Positions 1 to 12,318 of a stretch of DNA of 64,000 nucleotides are shown piece by piece. Where the stretch lies: contig CM060731.1 of the NCBI GenBank assembly GCA_030704615.1, positions 46,996,001-47,060,000 of the forward strand, given 5' to 3'. The notes under the pieces were generated by a model. It worked only from the letters and a program-made list of their open reading frames with translations, had not been told where the DNA came from and searched no databases. The stretch's first letter is position 1. Every line of letters starts with the position of its first letter. This DNA is from Takakia lepidozioides. Taxonomy: Eukaryota; Plantae; Bryophyta. The translations under genes and the position numbers were made by a program.

Positions 1-420
1 ATTCCAAGGATCCCTTGGAAGAAGAAGACTCTGATGATGAAGAAAAGCCCAAGCAAAAGAAGAAAGAAGTGATTGACAAAACCACTTTGGATTAGAAGAT
101 AGTAGAGGCTATCAAGAATTTTAAAGATGAAGGGTCACGAAAGGCAACATGGTGTCACAAATGCGGGACTGTAGGACACTTGGCAACGGAATGCCACATG
201 AAAGACAAATATTGTGATATTTGTCATATGAACAATCAATAATACCAGCCATTGTATTTACAACCAACGGGCCAAGAAGAGTGGGTACACACGAGAGGTG
301 GGGGTACACAGAGTCCAAATCCGACGGGGAGGATCGGACGGACCAAGACGATACAATATGGGTAATCGTTATCAGAGGCCACGAGATGACTATCCACCAC
401 GGGAATGACGTTATAATATA
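1..420 (+). mobile_element. Ty3/gypsy gag fragment with CCHC zinc knuckle (degenerate)
   Basis: About 150-240 translates to WCHKCGTVGHLATECHMKDKYCDICHMNN, matching the gag knuckle region at 35.4-35.55 kb. 309-403 is an inverted homologue of 2955-3050. Confidence 0.65.
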
Positions 421-2247
421 TGCTTCATATATCACTGCTTATGGAATCGGGAGACTTGCCTTGTATATGGATTTGTTAACATGATTTGCAAATGAAGTAT
501 TTGATGTATACCATGTCTGAAATCTAAATGTGCCCTACCTCTTGCTCATGAATCATTTTCAATGAATCGTCAGCCAGAATGGAGCTGTTTCTGAGCAGCT
601 GGACCTCTGACGAGAACTGGGCAGCGAGGTAGCACGATCACCTACTCACCCACACCATGAAGCCCGGTGGTGAATTCTACCTAGTTTTGTTTCTGCATCT
701 GAACACAACCTGACATACCCTTCGTGCTCATGGAAATCAATCACGGAGACTCACTGTGCGGGTCTGAAACAAGGAAGTAAGGTGTAATCTAAGCTGAACT
801 TTTCTTCTTTCCTACCCAATCACGAGTGAAAGCTTCCGATTCCGGCTGCAAGAAACTCCTCCCCATTTGTTGTCTTTTCGAATCATAGGTAATCTGGAGC
901 TTGAAATCCGGCCCTTTTGGATGAATCTGGACCCACACTCGATCCCTGCTCCTTCAGCTATCCATGTTTGTGCTTGCAAGGTGAACGATGGCGGAAAACG
1001 CAGAGCTCCTGCAGTTCAAGAAGATGAAGATCCGAGCATTGCGGGCAGTTCCAAAAACGTTGGCGCGGCGATTTCTATGGGCCTATTTCGCGCGGGCAGT
1101 CCGGGCAGATTCCAAAGAAATTGACGACAACGATGACGTGTCTACGATGACGTGGCGACGAAACGTGACGACAATGACGTGGCACTAAGGCACCCTATTC
1201 CTGTTCTACGCTAAACAAGCTTTCGACCTTCGGTCGTCGCTAGAATTAGTTATAGGGCTCTCCTAAGGATTCTTAATAGATACGCAAAACTAACTAAGTT
1301 GCGGCTAGCAAGAGTTGAACCCCGCCTCAAAAGTGTAAACTACCAAACTAACCATCACACTAACTTAGAGATATTGTTATAAAGGTTTCTTTTAGTTATT
1401 TAATCACAATAGTTAGAATTCCCTGTTTTCAAAAATTCATAAGTCCTTACTAGATTCTTCAATTCACTTGTTGTAAAATGGAATCTCTAACCTAAGCTTT
1501 ACTCTACAAGATCTTGGAATTAGTTTGTGAATCAAGGTCCATAAAAGTGTTTAGATCAAATCGTGGCTGCTCATAATAATAACAAAATTATTTTGCAGTC
1601 AAGAAATGATCATTTTCAAAAATTCTTAATTCTGCACCACCACCTGTTCTCCTTAAATTTGAATCAGATTCCCATTAACATTCTTCCTTCTATGGGCTTC
1701 AATAATCACTTCTTCTAGATCATCCAAACACTAATTAAGGTCTCAGCTTGAAGTTAGTAATTTAATCAATAATACTTATGGGCTGGGCCAACAAAGAAAA
1801 AAACTAAGTCATATCCTGGTATGATTTCCCCTTTGAAAATCCATAGGGCGGTATTCTGATGACCCAGCTGCCTTCAATTCAAGTATCCAAGGCTCGATAC
1901 CTGGAAAGGACAGAAGAGAACAGAAAAGGAAGAAAAAAAAAAAAAAACCAAGATGAGACATTTCTTCAAACGACTCGGCTATAGCTTCGGAGTGCTAGAT
2001 TTCCAACATCGTTTCCCCTAACTCGCTATAAATCTAAGATGGTCTAGGATGTCTGAAGTTCAGACCCGAGTTGGTCTCTATAGAACTCCAGGTATGTATA
2101 AAGGTGGACACGTTGCCGAAGCAAGCGTAACTTATGGTGTTACTTGACCCCATAGGGCTACTGCCTTCCGGCCCAGGTATGTATAGAGGGTAGTCTTATA
2201 TAAACAAAAATAATCAACTATTCGACGTAGACTTTCCCACACGGTGC

Positions 2248-3050
2248 TCACCCTAATGACTTCTTCATCCTTTCTGTCATGATAATCACTCCGGATCCTC
2301 CATTGATGAGTACATCCGTTACCAGCTTCCGTCCCATACGTACATGTATTACTGGTATCGCTTCGTCGTAGTCTGGAGTTCGTTGTATAGTTGTGGGTTT
2401 AATCGTGTAAACCTCTTGTGTTGGTTTTTGTTTTGGTGTAGGGGTCAATGCCTCAATTGCCCGAAATAAAGTTTTCTTGCAGTGTGGAGCAATTTTTAAT
2501 AATTGTCCGATGGTAATTTGGGTCTTGGTTTGGTAGATTACTTCAGCCAATTCTATTTCTGTGGTTGCATTCGTGGTCTTCGTCGTTGGTCTGGTTTGAT
2601 TATCTGGAGTTGGATCTCCAAAAGGTATATGGGCTCCCTCTTGCATTTGAGCTATGGCTTTGCTTACCTCCTGGTGTAAGCTCTTTTCTTCCTGCCATGC
2701 TGCACTTTCTAGATATTGTTTTCGTTCTTCTTCAGATTCCTTATCTGGAGGTTTCTGTTTCTTGGCCTGAGTTCGGGTTATCGCAAGGGTATCCACTACA
2801 GGAGTTACCACACTCACGGCTACACTTGGTCCGGCTTTCATATTTCCCAATTCTACCTCATGCTTGATTTTTAACTGGCATTCATGCTTCCAGTGCCTTC
2901 TTTCTTGCAATAGTGGCATCTCGTGGTCTCCTTGTTTCTGGGTTGATGTTCTCTATCCCGTGGTGGATAGGCATCTCGTGGCCTCTGATAACGATTACCC
3001 ATATTGTATCGTCTTGGTCCATCTGATCCTCCCCGTCGGACTTGGACTTG
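2248..3050 (-). mobile_element. Ty3/gypsy gag-aspartic protease fragment (pseudogene)
   Basis: ORF 2248-2919 contains TQITIGQLLKIAP and the degenerate protease motif DVLINGGSGVIIM (normally D-x-G). The upstream part is homologous to 309-403. Confidence 0.65.
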
Positions 3051-3789
3051 GTGATGTCGCTGGTGGTGCAGGTCTTATGAATTCTGCTCACAAAACTGAT
3101 ATAAGTTGCTTTAGTACGGACGGCCGATCAGATTATAGAGAGGGTATGTACACGAACAACTCAAAGGGAGTCTAGACACTAAGATGCTTCTCTAATTCAA
3201 TCATGCACGTCTCGGTGCACCACACTACTCACTTCAACCAATACGACACCTTTATCACAAAGACTTGCAGCTGTAATATTTGATTCAAAACAGTTCGTTA
3301 TACACCCTCATTCTTCACTACAACATCTAGCATACACTAAAACGAAGAAAGAGAGAGAGCGAGAGAGCGAAGAGGAAGAGAAGGAACGAGAGAAATAAAA
3401 ACTAGATTGTCCTTGTTCTCCCTTTCGCTGGCTGATTTATAGCAGCCCGTCGCCCTCCATCCGTCACTTGTTTTGACGGCTATCATCCATCCATTTCTTA
3501 AAAAAAATACTAAATCACCACTGGTGCATTTAAGCACCGACACCTAGTTAAAAATTTTAATTAATTTTTCCTCTAGAGTGTCCATTACTATAACATAGAA
3601 TCTCTTTTGTTTTAATCCTTCAGATCCGCCCCCTCCACATGAACGGACCAAATCAAACCACATGTTTTTCATCCATCCATTGGTATTGTCATCCATCTAG
3701 ACATCCAGTCCGTAATCCATCCATCCATGGTTCCATCCGAAGATTTCATCCACACACGCAAACGTGCCTGGGCACAGTGGCACTCCACT

Positions 3790-6700
3790 GACAAGTCGGC
3801 AGAGACTTCCATGTGACAGAGAAGGACGGGAAGGCTGCACAGAGTTGCACTGGGTTCGGGGAACAGTATAGTAATAGCACAGTAGTAAGTCGGCACAAAC
3901 TTCCCTGTCTGCACTAACGGAGCATTGCCATGGGAAGTCGGTGCAGACTTAAAGAGGTGGTTGGACACACTGTCAAAATAGCCAATGCGAAGTCGGTACA
4001 GACTTCCCTATCACGCACCAGGCATGCATGATGCCGGAGGTGGGAAGTCGGCACAGACTCCCCGAGCACCGATTCTGGCGGTGACAGTCCACCCATCATA
4101 TGCTCACGTTAGCAACCGCAAAAGCAATGGATATAGTAGTGGTGACTTTGGCACCTGCATTCTTACCTCCCTCACGAATGACCCGAGCTGGGCATACCGG
4201 TATGTCCACCACGAAAGCCAGCTATCTAGGGCGGGAATATCTTCTTTGGTTGCCGCTCCCGATGATATCCACCATGATCTGATTGACATGAATGCTATCT
4301 CAGCTTCTGTTGCTGTGCCGGCCGACCTCCACTGTCCACACAATTTAATGTGTGCCGATTGAAAGTTTGGCCGAATGAGGTCCTTGGTATGCCTCTGAAG
4401 ACTCTGTCCCCAATGAAATCCGCAAGTTCTCTCCCTACCTGGCATAGGGTTCCCGCCACCATAAACATTTCGAACCGCCGCCCAGTTCGCATTCGCATTG
4501 TCCGCCATGAATCCTCTAAAATGCGATGGTCTCTTTCTTGCTCGGACCATCTGCTCATTGATGCTCTCCCACATAATCATTTGAGATGGTGTGTCTTCCG
4601 ACTTCATCTCGCAAATGGCGATGGTCATGAGCTTCCTGTAGTTGGGCTCATACACATGGCAGGCCATCGTGCTCCATCCATTTATTTGTTTAACATTGTC
4701 GAACATCACCCAGCTATTTTCCAATGGCCCGCCAACATTCATCATATCCACGAGATGCACCCCGAATACCGGCCCATCAGTTGATATTTTGAAGACAAAG
4801 CACCGTTGATGCTCGTTCCCTTGCCCGGGAAATCTGCTGGAATGGATATACTCATACCCACACATAGACTTCATTTGCAGCAAGCTGATCATTTCGTCAC
4901 CCCGGCCTGTCTGTGATTTCATTATGTTGATGGTACTCTTGTTTGCCGGGCTGCCAAATGCTTCAACTGCATTCAGCAGAGCCTCGAACTCCTCACTGTC
5001 AAGTTTGCATCTTTCGCCCCCATCGGCCGACATAATATGCTGCATGACAATGGTCTGCGCCGCATTGAGCTCCACAGCTTTTGGTCGTGCCGATGGAGAC
5101 CTGGTGAGCTCCTCTCTCAATACTCCTTTGCACGCGCAGCAGCTTCTCTAGATGCGCCTGTGGCACTCCTATGGGTGTGGCATCCCACATGGACTGCACA
5201 ACGTGTCATAGCAGGAGGTCCACAGACATAAAACATCTTCGCTGGACAAGCCTCCATACAGGTAGGAGCTTGGTTGCAAATGGAGCAGACAAACGTCCTC
5301 TCCGGTACTGTAATTTGTGCTTGAAATTTGGTATCCGATGTCCCCAGCCACAAAGTGTCGTTGTGATACATCTCCCTCACTAAAAATGGGCAAGTCACTC
5401 GTACGCATTTCAAACTCCCAACACAGTTCACATATCTGCAACACACGGCGTCACGAAGAAATTCAGTGAAGCGGGATGACAAACTCAGGTTGGTGTTGTT
5501 TGGGAAATCGGCACAAACTTCTCCAAGGACTTACAGGACTCTTGATATTGCAGAAAAATCTTATAGTGTCGCAAGATACCAGTACACACGAGAAATCGGT
5601 GCCGACTTCTCCAAGAAGGTCGCACATTCTGAAATTGCAGAGCATTCTCATAATACCAAAATTCATTCGAAGATACACAGGAGAAATCGGCACAGACTTC
5701 AGGAATAATGAGACAGAGCAACAAACCTGACTACCGTGTCTTTCTTGTCTAGCAACGGCAATTTCAGATTTGTAGTTTTCGTTATAGTCCATGGGTTTCC
5801 GTCATATTTCCGGCCCATGCCTTCCAGCTGGCCCACTGCACTGGTGTTTTCTGTCGGCGGCAACTCGTACACAATGTCCCCATCTACTCCTCTGGGTAAA
5901 TGGTTCACCTTCACTATTTGAACACTGTGAAAGTCAATCCTAGAAAGCTCGTTGTGGGATGTGGTGCTGGCGCGTAGGAGCTGCAAGATGTCCACCATTG
6001 AATTTGTAACCGCATCTGCGGGTGTGGGAGTAAACACGTCGGCATCCACCTCATGTGCATCGTCGTCCTCCGTGGTGTTTGCGCGCGTGCGCGGAGGTGC
6101 GGAGTGTGCTCGTCTGCTGCCAACCACCATGCAGTCCTCATCCTCCTCACTCAATATTGGAATACTCTCCGTCTTCGCAGGACGTGGGCCAAATATGGAT
6201 GCGGCAGTCGGTGGAGTAAGAGATGCCGACACACTCGACGATGATGCTTGCTGGCCATATACAATATATTGTCGACCTGTTTCGTGTGGAATGACATAGG
6301 CCCGCGCAAAATCATTTCGTTTAGGACTGACAATCCGAGTTTCCACAACGCCATCATCTTCCACCTCCTCAATTTCGAAAACAGCCGTCCTAGGCTGCAA
6401 TGCAAACCGAGATCTGAGAACCTTGTCTGCAAATATCACCGAACCATCCTTTGCTTCCACTCTTACAGACGCATTTGCAGATGGATAGGTTAGGCGAACG
6501 CGCTTAGCCATGTTGACAGTGACAGAGTAGAAGGTGTGCTCTGAACAGAGTGCAAGTACAAACAGAATGATATCAGTGTTTGTATGTACATTGAGAAATT
6601 TGAAATGGAGTGGTCCTTGTCCATCACTTTCCAGGTGGCGCAGCTTTGGCCTTTAGCAAACGGCATTCTTCTGGCATTTTCCAACGGCAACTTACCTGTC

Positions 6701-7366
6701 GGAATCCGCGTAAATCCCTAACATTCCGACTGTTTGCCGGAAGTCTGCAATGACTTGACGGCAGTGCAACGTATCCTGCAGATGGACCCACGAAGTCCGT
6801 CGTAGCCATTCGAAATGGAACCGGCAAGTCGGTGCAGAATTGCCTCTGAGCACAAGGCCGCAAACCGCAAAAAGAACCCGCAAAAAATGCGCAGCCCACT
6901 TCATGATGTCTTCTTCGGAAATGAGCCTGCCGGAATGTAGTTTTCGTGTAACGTGGACGCACGAAAACGGCAAGTCTGTGACGACTTCCGGCATTTTCTG
7001 ACGAGAAACTATCGAATATGCCTAAATGGACTGCTGGGACTCAGTTTTAGGGGCAGGCATCAATATAACGTCCAAGTCGGGACCGACTTGCCGGAAATGC
7101 ACTCCCGGCGGCCGCAAAAGTCCAACTTTGGGCGGACTAACAGCAATGTCACCGGAAAGTCTGTGCCAACTTCCTGGAAAACCGATGGGCAGTCCTCGCA
7201 TGCAATGTCAGGCATCCAGGCTGCCCTTAGATTTGGGAATAGACCAGCCGGGAAGTCGTCATAGACTTCCCGGCAATTACCCGTTTTCAGGCGGACATAA
7301 TCCGGGAAGTCTGGGCAGACTTCCCGGAAACATCATTATCAGGCAGACATCACCGGCAAGTCTAAC
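3790..7366 (-). mobile_element. MULE-like DNA transposon, subfamily A, copy 1 (truncated at both ends)
   Basis: Carries transposase exons plus about 15 GAAGTC-N6-GACTTC-type palindromes. 4933-7345 is a direct near-identical copy of 22533-24982. Confidence 0.8.
4167..6511 (-). pseudogene. MULE transposase, subfamily A (GCM/WRKY-like zinc domain + DDE core; last exon missing)
   Basis: Exon 6511-5727, then a GT-AG intron 5726-5436 joining DTVVR|YVNCVGSLKC (aligns with B FRRSVCVGHCKC). GCM-like Cys/His pattern ends HVGCHTH. Frameshift at about 5120. MULE core reads WVMFD...GFMAD...CGFHW. A donor GTAAGA at 4166 has no recognisable downstream exon. Confidence 0.8.
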
Positions 7367-7806
7367 AGTAAGGAATAAGCTTCCATGGAGCGTAGCTACG
7401 GCGTGAGCCCAGCCCCGTGAGCCTGGGAGCTGAGCTCACGTTCAAGCTACAAAGCGTGAGCTGAGCTCACGCTTCAGGGAAGCGTGAGCGGCACGAATCT
7501 GCTGGAGAAGAAGGTCCTATAGGCGAGGATTGCAGGAAGAGGGCCTATTACCGTGGACAAAACAAAGGGGGCCAACACACACCATGTGTGCAATGCCCGC
7601 TCAAAAACAGAAATATGAAAACATGGCAGATTTGAGCTCAGAATGATTGTCACAGTTTATTTCAATTCACAGATAGACGCTTACAATGAATTGCATGTGC
7701 ATTTGCCCTGGTTCCGCAAACGAAATCCATATGTTTGTCAGAAATGCAAAGTCTTCACACGGCAACCTGCAAACCAGCATGGGCAGCGGGCATGGCTCGT
7801 ATGTGT

Positions 7807-10800
7807 TCAAAGAGAAGTTGGCGGAGCTCCACGCGAGGTGTCCCGCTGTAGAAGGGTGTTCACTTCTCCATAGCCTAGTGTGGCTTGGTGGATGAATTGG
7901 TCTCTCTTACCGTCGCAACACATAATCACAAGGTATATGTAATATTGATGCTTGCAGGGGACCCACTTCCCCCTCATGCCGAGAGCGCCCTCACGCATCG
8001 TTACAAAGTCCGGACAAGTGCACGAAGGGAAATTCCCGACGGTAACCTGATATTCTTTGCCATGAAGAACTGACCCAATTGACAGCACTGTGTAAATCCG
8101 TCCATACCCCGGAGAAGGGACTTCGGTGATACGAGACACCCGAGCCTGCAAAATTCTAGCAGATTCCATCTTGCATTCGTGATCTGCACCCGAAGCGAAA
8201 CGGCGCACTGTTTTTCCATCTCTTTTTGTTGGGTGGGAGTCGGCACAGGGTGGCGGCATTGCCGGAGCATGTGGCACATCTGTGCCGACAGTGCATGAGG
8301 GCACCACCCGGGACCGTGCAAGACAGAACCCTCCCTCCTCCAGCATGCTTATCTCGGTTGATGACAGCGACGTCCCAATTTGCACAGGCCAAATTGCGGG
8401 GGGAGGGGGTTTCATTATCACCGAAGGACGAACTGTTCCCTTCACGCATCGTGCCATATCGTCTGGGCAGAACCAAAATTTGTGGTCCTTTGACTCCCCA
8501 CTATGATAAGGTCGGAACAACCTTGTGAATGTTGGAGCTGGAGTCCCCCTGGAGCCTTTGCATATCTTTGATTTGCATTTCTTGAATGAGGGGGTCCGAA
8601 TTGCCATGCAAGCCACTCTAGATCCTGGTGGGGTGCGTTCTATATGCCACTCACTATCAATGCAATCGGATTCCTGCACCATGGCCACCGCCTCCTCCAA
8701 TGGGATTCCCGCTGTTGTGCTTGTATGTTCTGCACGTGCTCCACTGGAGGAGGACCCACCTGGGAAGGGGCGGGCACACGACTCAGTCTGCAGTGGAGAC
8801 ACCTTTGGCACAGAGAAATTGACCCTGTCTGGCCGATGGGAATCTCCATCTGACCCTAGAAGAGTGTTCAATATCCTTTTGCATGATCCAAATCTTTCCT
8901 CGCCTTCCAAATGGGGGATCCTGGATTGTAGAGCGGACCCTTCAGTGCATCTGTTTAGAGCTCTGGCCATCTTTGACAGGACTCCGGACCTACTCGCAGC
9001 CCTTAGCATCAACAAAGTCGTATCAGGGCCCTTGCCTCCACCCCGTCCCATCAGAAAATTGCGGTACCTGGTTTGTTGTATAAGTGCACGCACCATGTCA
9101 TCAGCAGTGGCCACATACAAGTCACGACCTGCTTTGGTAGACTGCTGCATCCAGGCGTTGTGAATAGTCTCCGCCAAATTACAGGATGGCATGTCGGCCA
9201 AGTCCTCCAAGGACATGTCCTGCAGGAGGCATTGCATGGATATGTCAGGAGCGAAAACAAATGGTAGAGGTTCTTCAAGTGACAATCGAAGAACCCCAAA
9301 TGAACAGGCACGATGCAAAATTTCTGTTTTTGGGATTGAAGAGGCTTACCGTCGTCATGAAAGCTCCCCACTGTCTGTACCTGAAGTGCCAGAAAACCAA
9401 CCAGTCCTCCAACTCCTTTACGTGGGTACCTGTTGCAGCACCAGAGGAGAACCACCAAGCCCGGATTGCCTGGTAAGTGCTCTCAGCTTCTCCCATTGAG
9501 GTGGCATTCTTGTACTTGAGACAGAGCCTTCTGTGCTCCAACTGCAGGTCAGGGCGAATGCAGCGCTTTGTATGACGAGCCAGAGATTGAGTCCAATGGA
9601 AGAGGCATGCGCGCTCCCTATTTTCCATTAGGACCTTAGGATCCCCCGAACCAAACACGCGTCGCACTGCATTGAAATTTGCCTGTGCACTATCAGCCAT
9701 GAAGCCCGCAAAATTTGTGTTTTGTATTCCATTGCGCTGCATGACGGCCAAGAGCGAATTCCACATGAGCATTTGGGATTCAGTGTCCTCCGACTGCATA
9801 TCACAAATTGCTATGGAGAGCACACGCTGGTACGCCGGATCATACACATGGCACGCCATGGTTGTCCAACCCTTCACGCGTTTGCAGTGATCAAACATTA
9901 ACCAACATTTAGCCAAATCTCCTCCTGGTTGCATACGGCGGACAATGCTCACACCACTGCCTTCGCCCACAGCGGACATCTTGAACAAATACACCTTGGA
10001 CGAGCCCTGGCCAGGGAAGATACTGTTTTGAATGAATTCATAGCGACTCCTCCGTTTCAGGTCCATAATGTTGTCCATGAATCCAGCAGTGCCTGTGCCC
10101 ATTTTGAGTGCATTCACCTGGTTTCGAATATTGGGAGAGCTCAACAAGGAGAAATGGTCCATGACTGCATTAAGCTAATCTGCATCCAGCATAAGTTCTG
10201 TCGCATCCCCTTCACCCAGTATGTGTTTCTCCAGGAATGCCTTGCTAGCTGCAAGCGCTATAGCAGAAGGTGTTGCACAAGGGGCATTGTGGAACTCCTG
10301 CTTCAGCAGATTTCTAGCGATGTCCACGCTATCCCTACAACTTCCTTTGGACACAAGATGCTCGTGTGCACCCATATGAATGCAGGCACGAGTCATTGTC
10401 TTGCATCGGTGTGCCACCTGATACATACGAGCGTGGCACACAGAAACACAGGACGGGGAAAGTTTGCAGAACCTGCACACGAAAGTATTGGTCCTGGGAG
10501 GGGCAAGCCCTGGGGTGAAAGGATTCAGGGGCACACCTTCCCACTCACTTTCGTTTGGTTGAGCGTTGTTTCTCAGGCGAGGGCAAGAAATATTCTGGCA
10601 CTTACAATGCCCAACGCAGACTGACCTCCGAAATTTCAAGCCAATGTCGTTATGGATGTTCGACGTTTTTGTCCTGCACCAAGGATGTCCGTCATGTTTC
10701 TTGTCCATGCCCTGTAAAAGCCCAGCCAGTCCAGTGGAAGAGGTGGGAGGGTTGAGCTCAAACAGGATGTTCCCATCAAACTGTGCTGGCACGTATTGAA

Positions 10801-11371
10801 CCCGTTGCACAGGAAGGGACTCCCAGTCAACAAAACGCAGCTCGCTCTTGCACCCAGGCACACCTGCAAGGGCTTTCAATTTTGGAATGACACTCGTTAT
10901 CTCTTGCAATTCGTCATCATCCAATGACGGAGTCTGCACTGGCGGAGGAATCTCAGAAACATCCTCCGAGGACGAGTCTGAAAGAGTCACGAAGGTAGTG
11001 GATGTGCTCACCTCTTGTTTCACAGGAACTGTGCCCTTCTGTTGCACGACCGATGCTGCAGTGCCAGGGGTAACGACCGATCCTGCTGATTGTCTTCTCT
11101 CTTTTCCAAGGACACGGTATGTGCCTGGAAGGACTCTCCACTTCCTTCCACACTTGCCAACCAATGGTTTCTCCAAGTGCCCAGAATCCAAATTCCCATC
11201 CTCGTCATACACCTCTTTTTGAACAAGGAGAGAACCCAACTCCGGCGGGAACACTGTAACCAGCTCATCCACATGAACAACTGCAAACCCATCGTCGTCT
11301 GCAGTGGCAGTCAGTGGAAGAGTACCTGCATTGGAATGGAATCGAGCAAGTGTATCTTGCTCCCTCGACAT
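7807..11371 (-). pseudogene. MULE transposase, subfamily B: GCM-like domain - DDE core - Cys-rich finger - SWIM; one premature stop
   Basis: ORFs 10175-11383 and 9275-10162 share a frame and are separated only by TAG at 10175-10177. Phase-0 GT-AG intron 9349-9220 joins MTT|DMSLEDLADMPSCNLAETIHNAW. Motifs: WLMFD, GFMAD, CLFHW (MULE CxxH), NLAETIH (catalytic E) and SWIM CTCPDF...CKH. Confidence 0.85.
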
Positions 11372-12318
11372 GTTTTCCCTCACTGAACGAAAGTTGCGGA
11401 ATCCTCGAACTGATAGCCCGCAATTACCGAAAGGGGAATTAAGACAAGCAAACCGAGGTCAACAAGGCTAGCTCCAATCCAAAGGTTGCAGGTGATGCAT
11501 GCAAAGGATGTAGGGATGAGATGCACCTTCACTTCGGAAACAGCAACGCCAAGAGGCACTAACCAGAAAAACTGTTTTCAAATACTACAAGAAGCCGTGC
11601 TGTTTATGGATGAAAACAAACACTGAAAACGACATGAAACCATCCATTATGAAAAAACGGCAACAACCCTGGAGAGCAGTAAACAAGAAGACCACAAATG
11701 TCATGAGGTTGTGCTGTGCCAGAAGAGCACAGCACAAACACTGACACTGCAGAAGATACCTCGCACGAATGCGTGCCAGACATGGTCGTATCCGACAGAA
11801 CCCTTTATGCCGAATGACCCCATGGCGACTGTAACGGTAAACTACAAACCACAGGGTAGGCAGTACAACACACGTGGATGCATATGTGAAGCATAACAAT
11901 TATTGCGGATCTGCAAGAACTGCTCGAAAATGAACTAGCATTAGATTTCTACGGCACATCCGAATTTGAAAGAAAGCAAGAAGACCGCGGTGTATTGGCA
12001 GGCGGCGCAGTACATCTGACATATATCGCTAGTGCATGCAACGGATGTACTTTTTTTCTTGCGCTTTATTGCTTGGATAATACGGAGACGACGGAATGGA
12101 TGAATTCCGTTCGCACACAATAACAACACCCGCATCCAAATATGGTTGATAACGTCCAATTTCGATTTTGGTTACATGCCATAGCAGCACTTGTTACAAA
12201 CGTCAAACTGGAGAGCTCTAGAGGCATCGTGGGGAGCCCTTGTTTCCAACGTAGGAGGAAGAGAAGGAAGTCACTATACTTCACGAGCTCTAGAAACAAG
12301 AATAGAGCCAGAGATAGA

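Noticed and set aside
6600-7400. Short ORFs with recurring KSVPTS/EVGTDF/KSAQTS peptides as a protein repeat family
   Set aside because: These are translations of the non-coding GAAGTC-N6-GACTTC palindrome in various frames.
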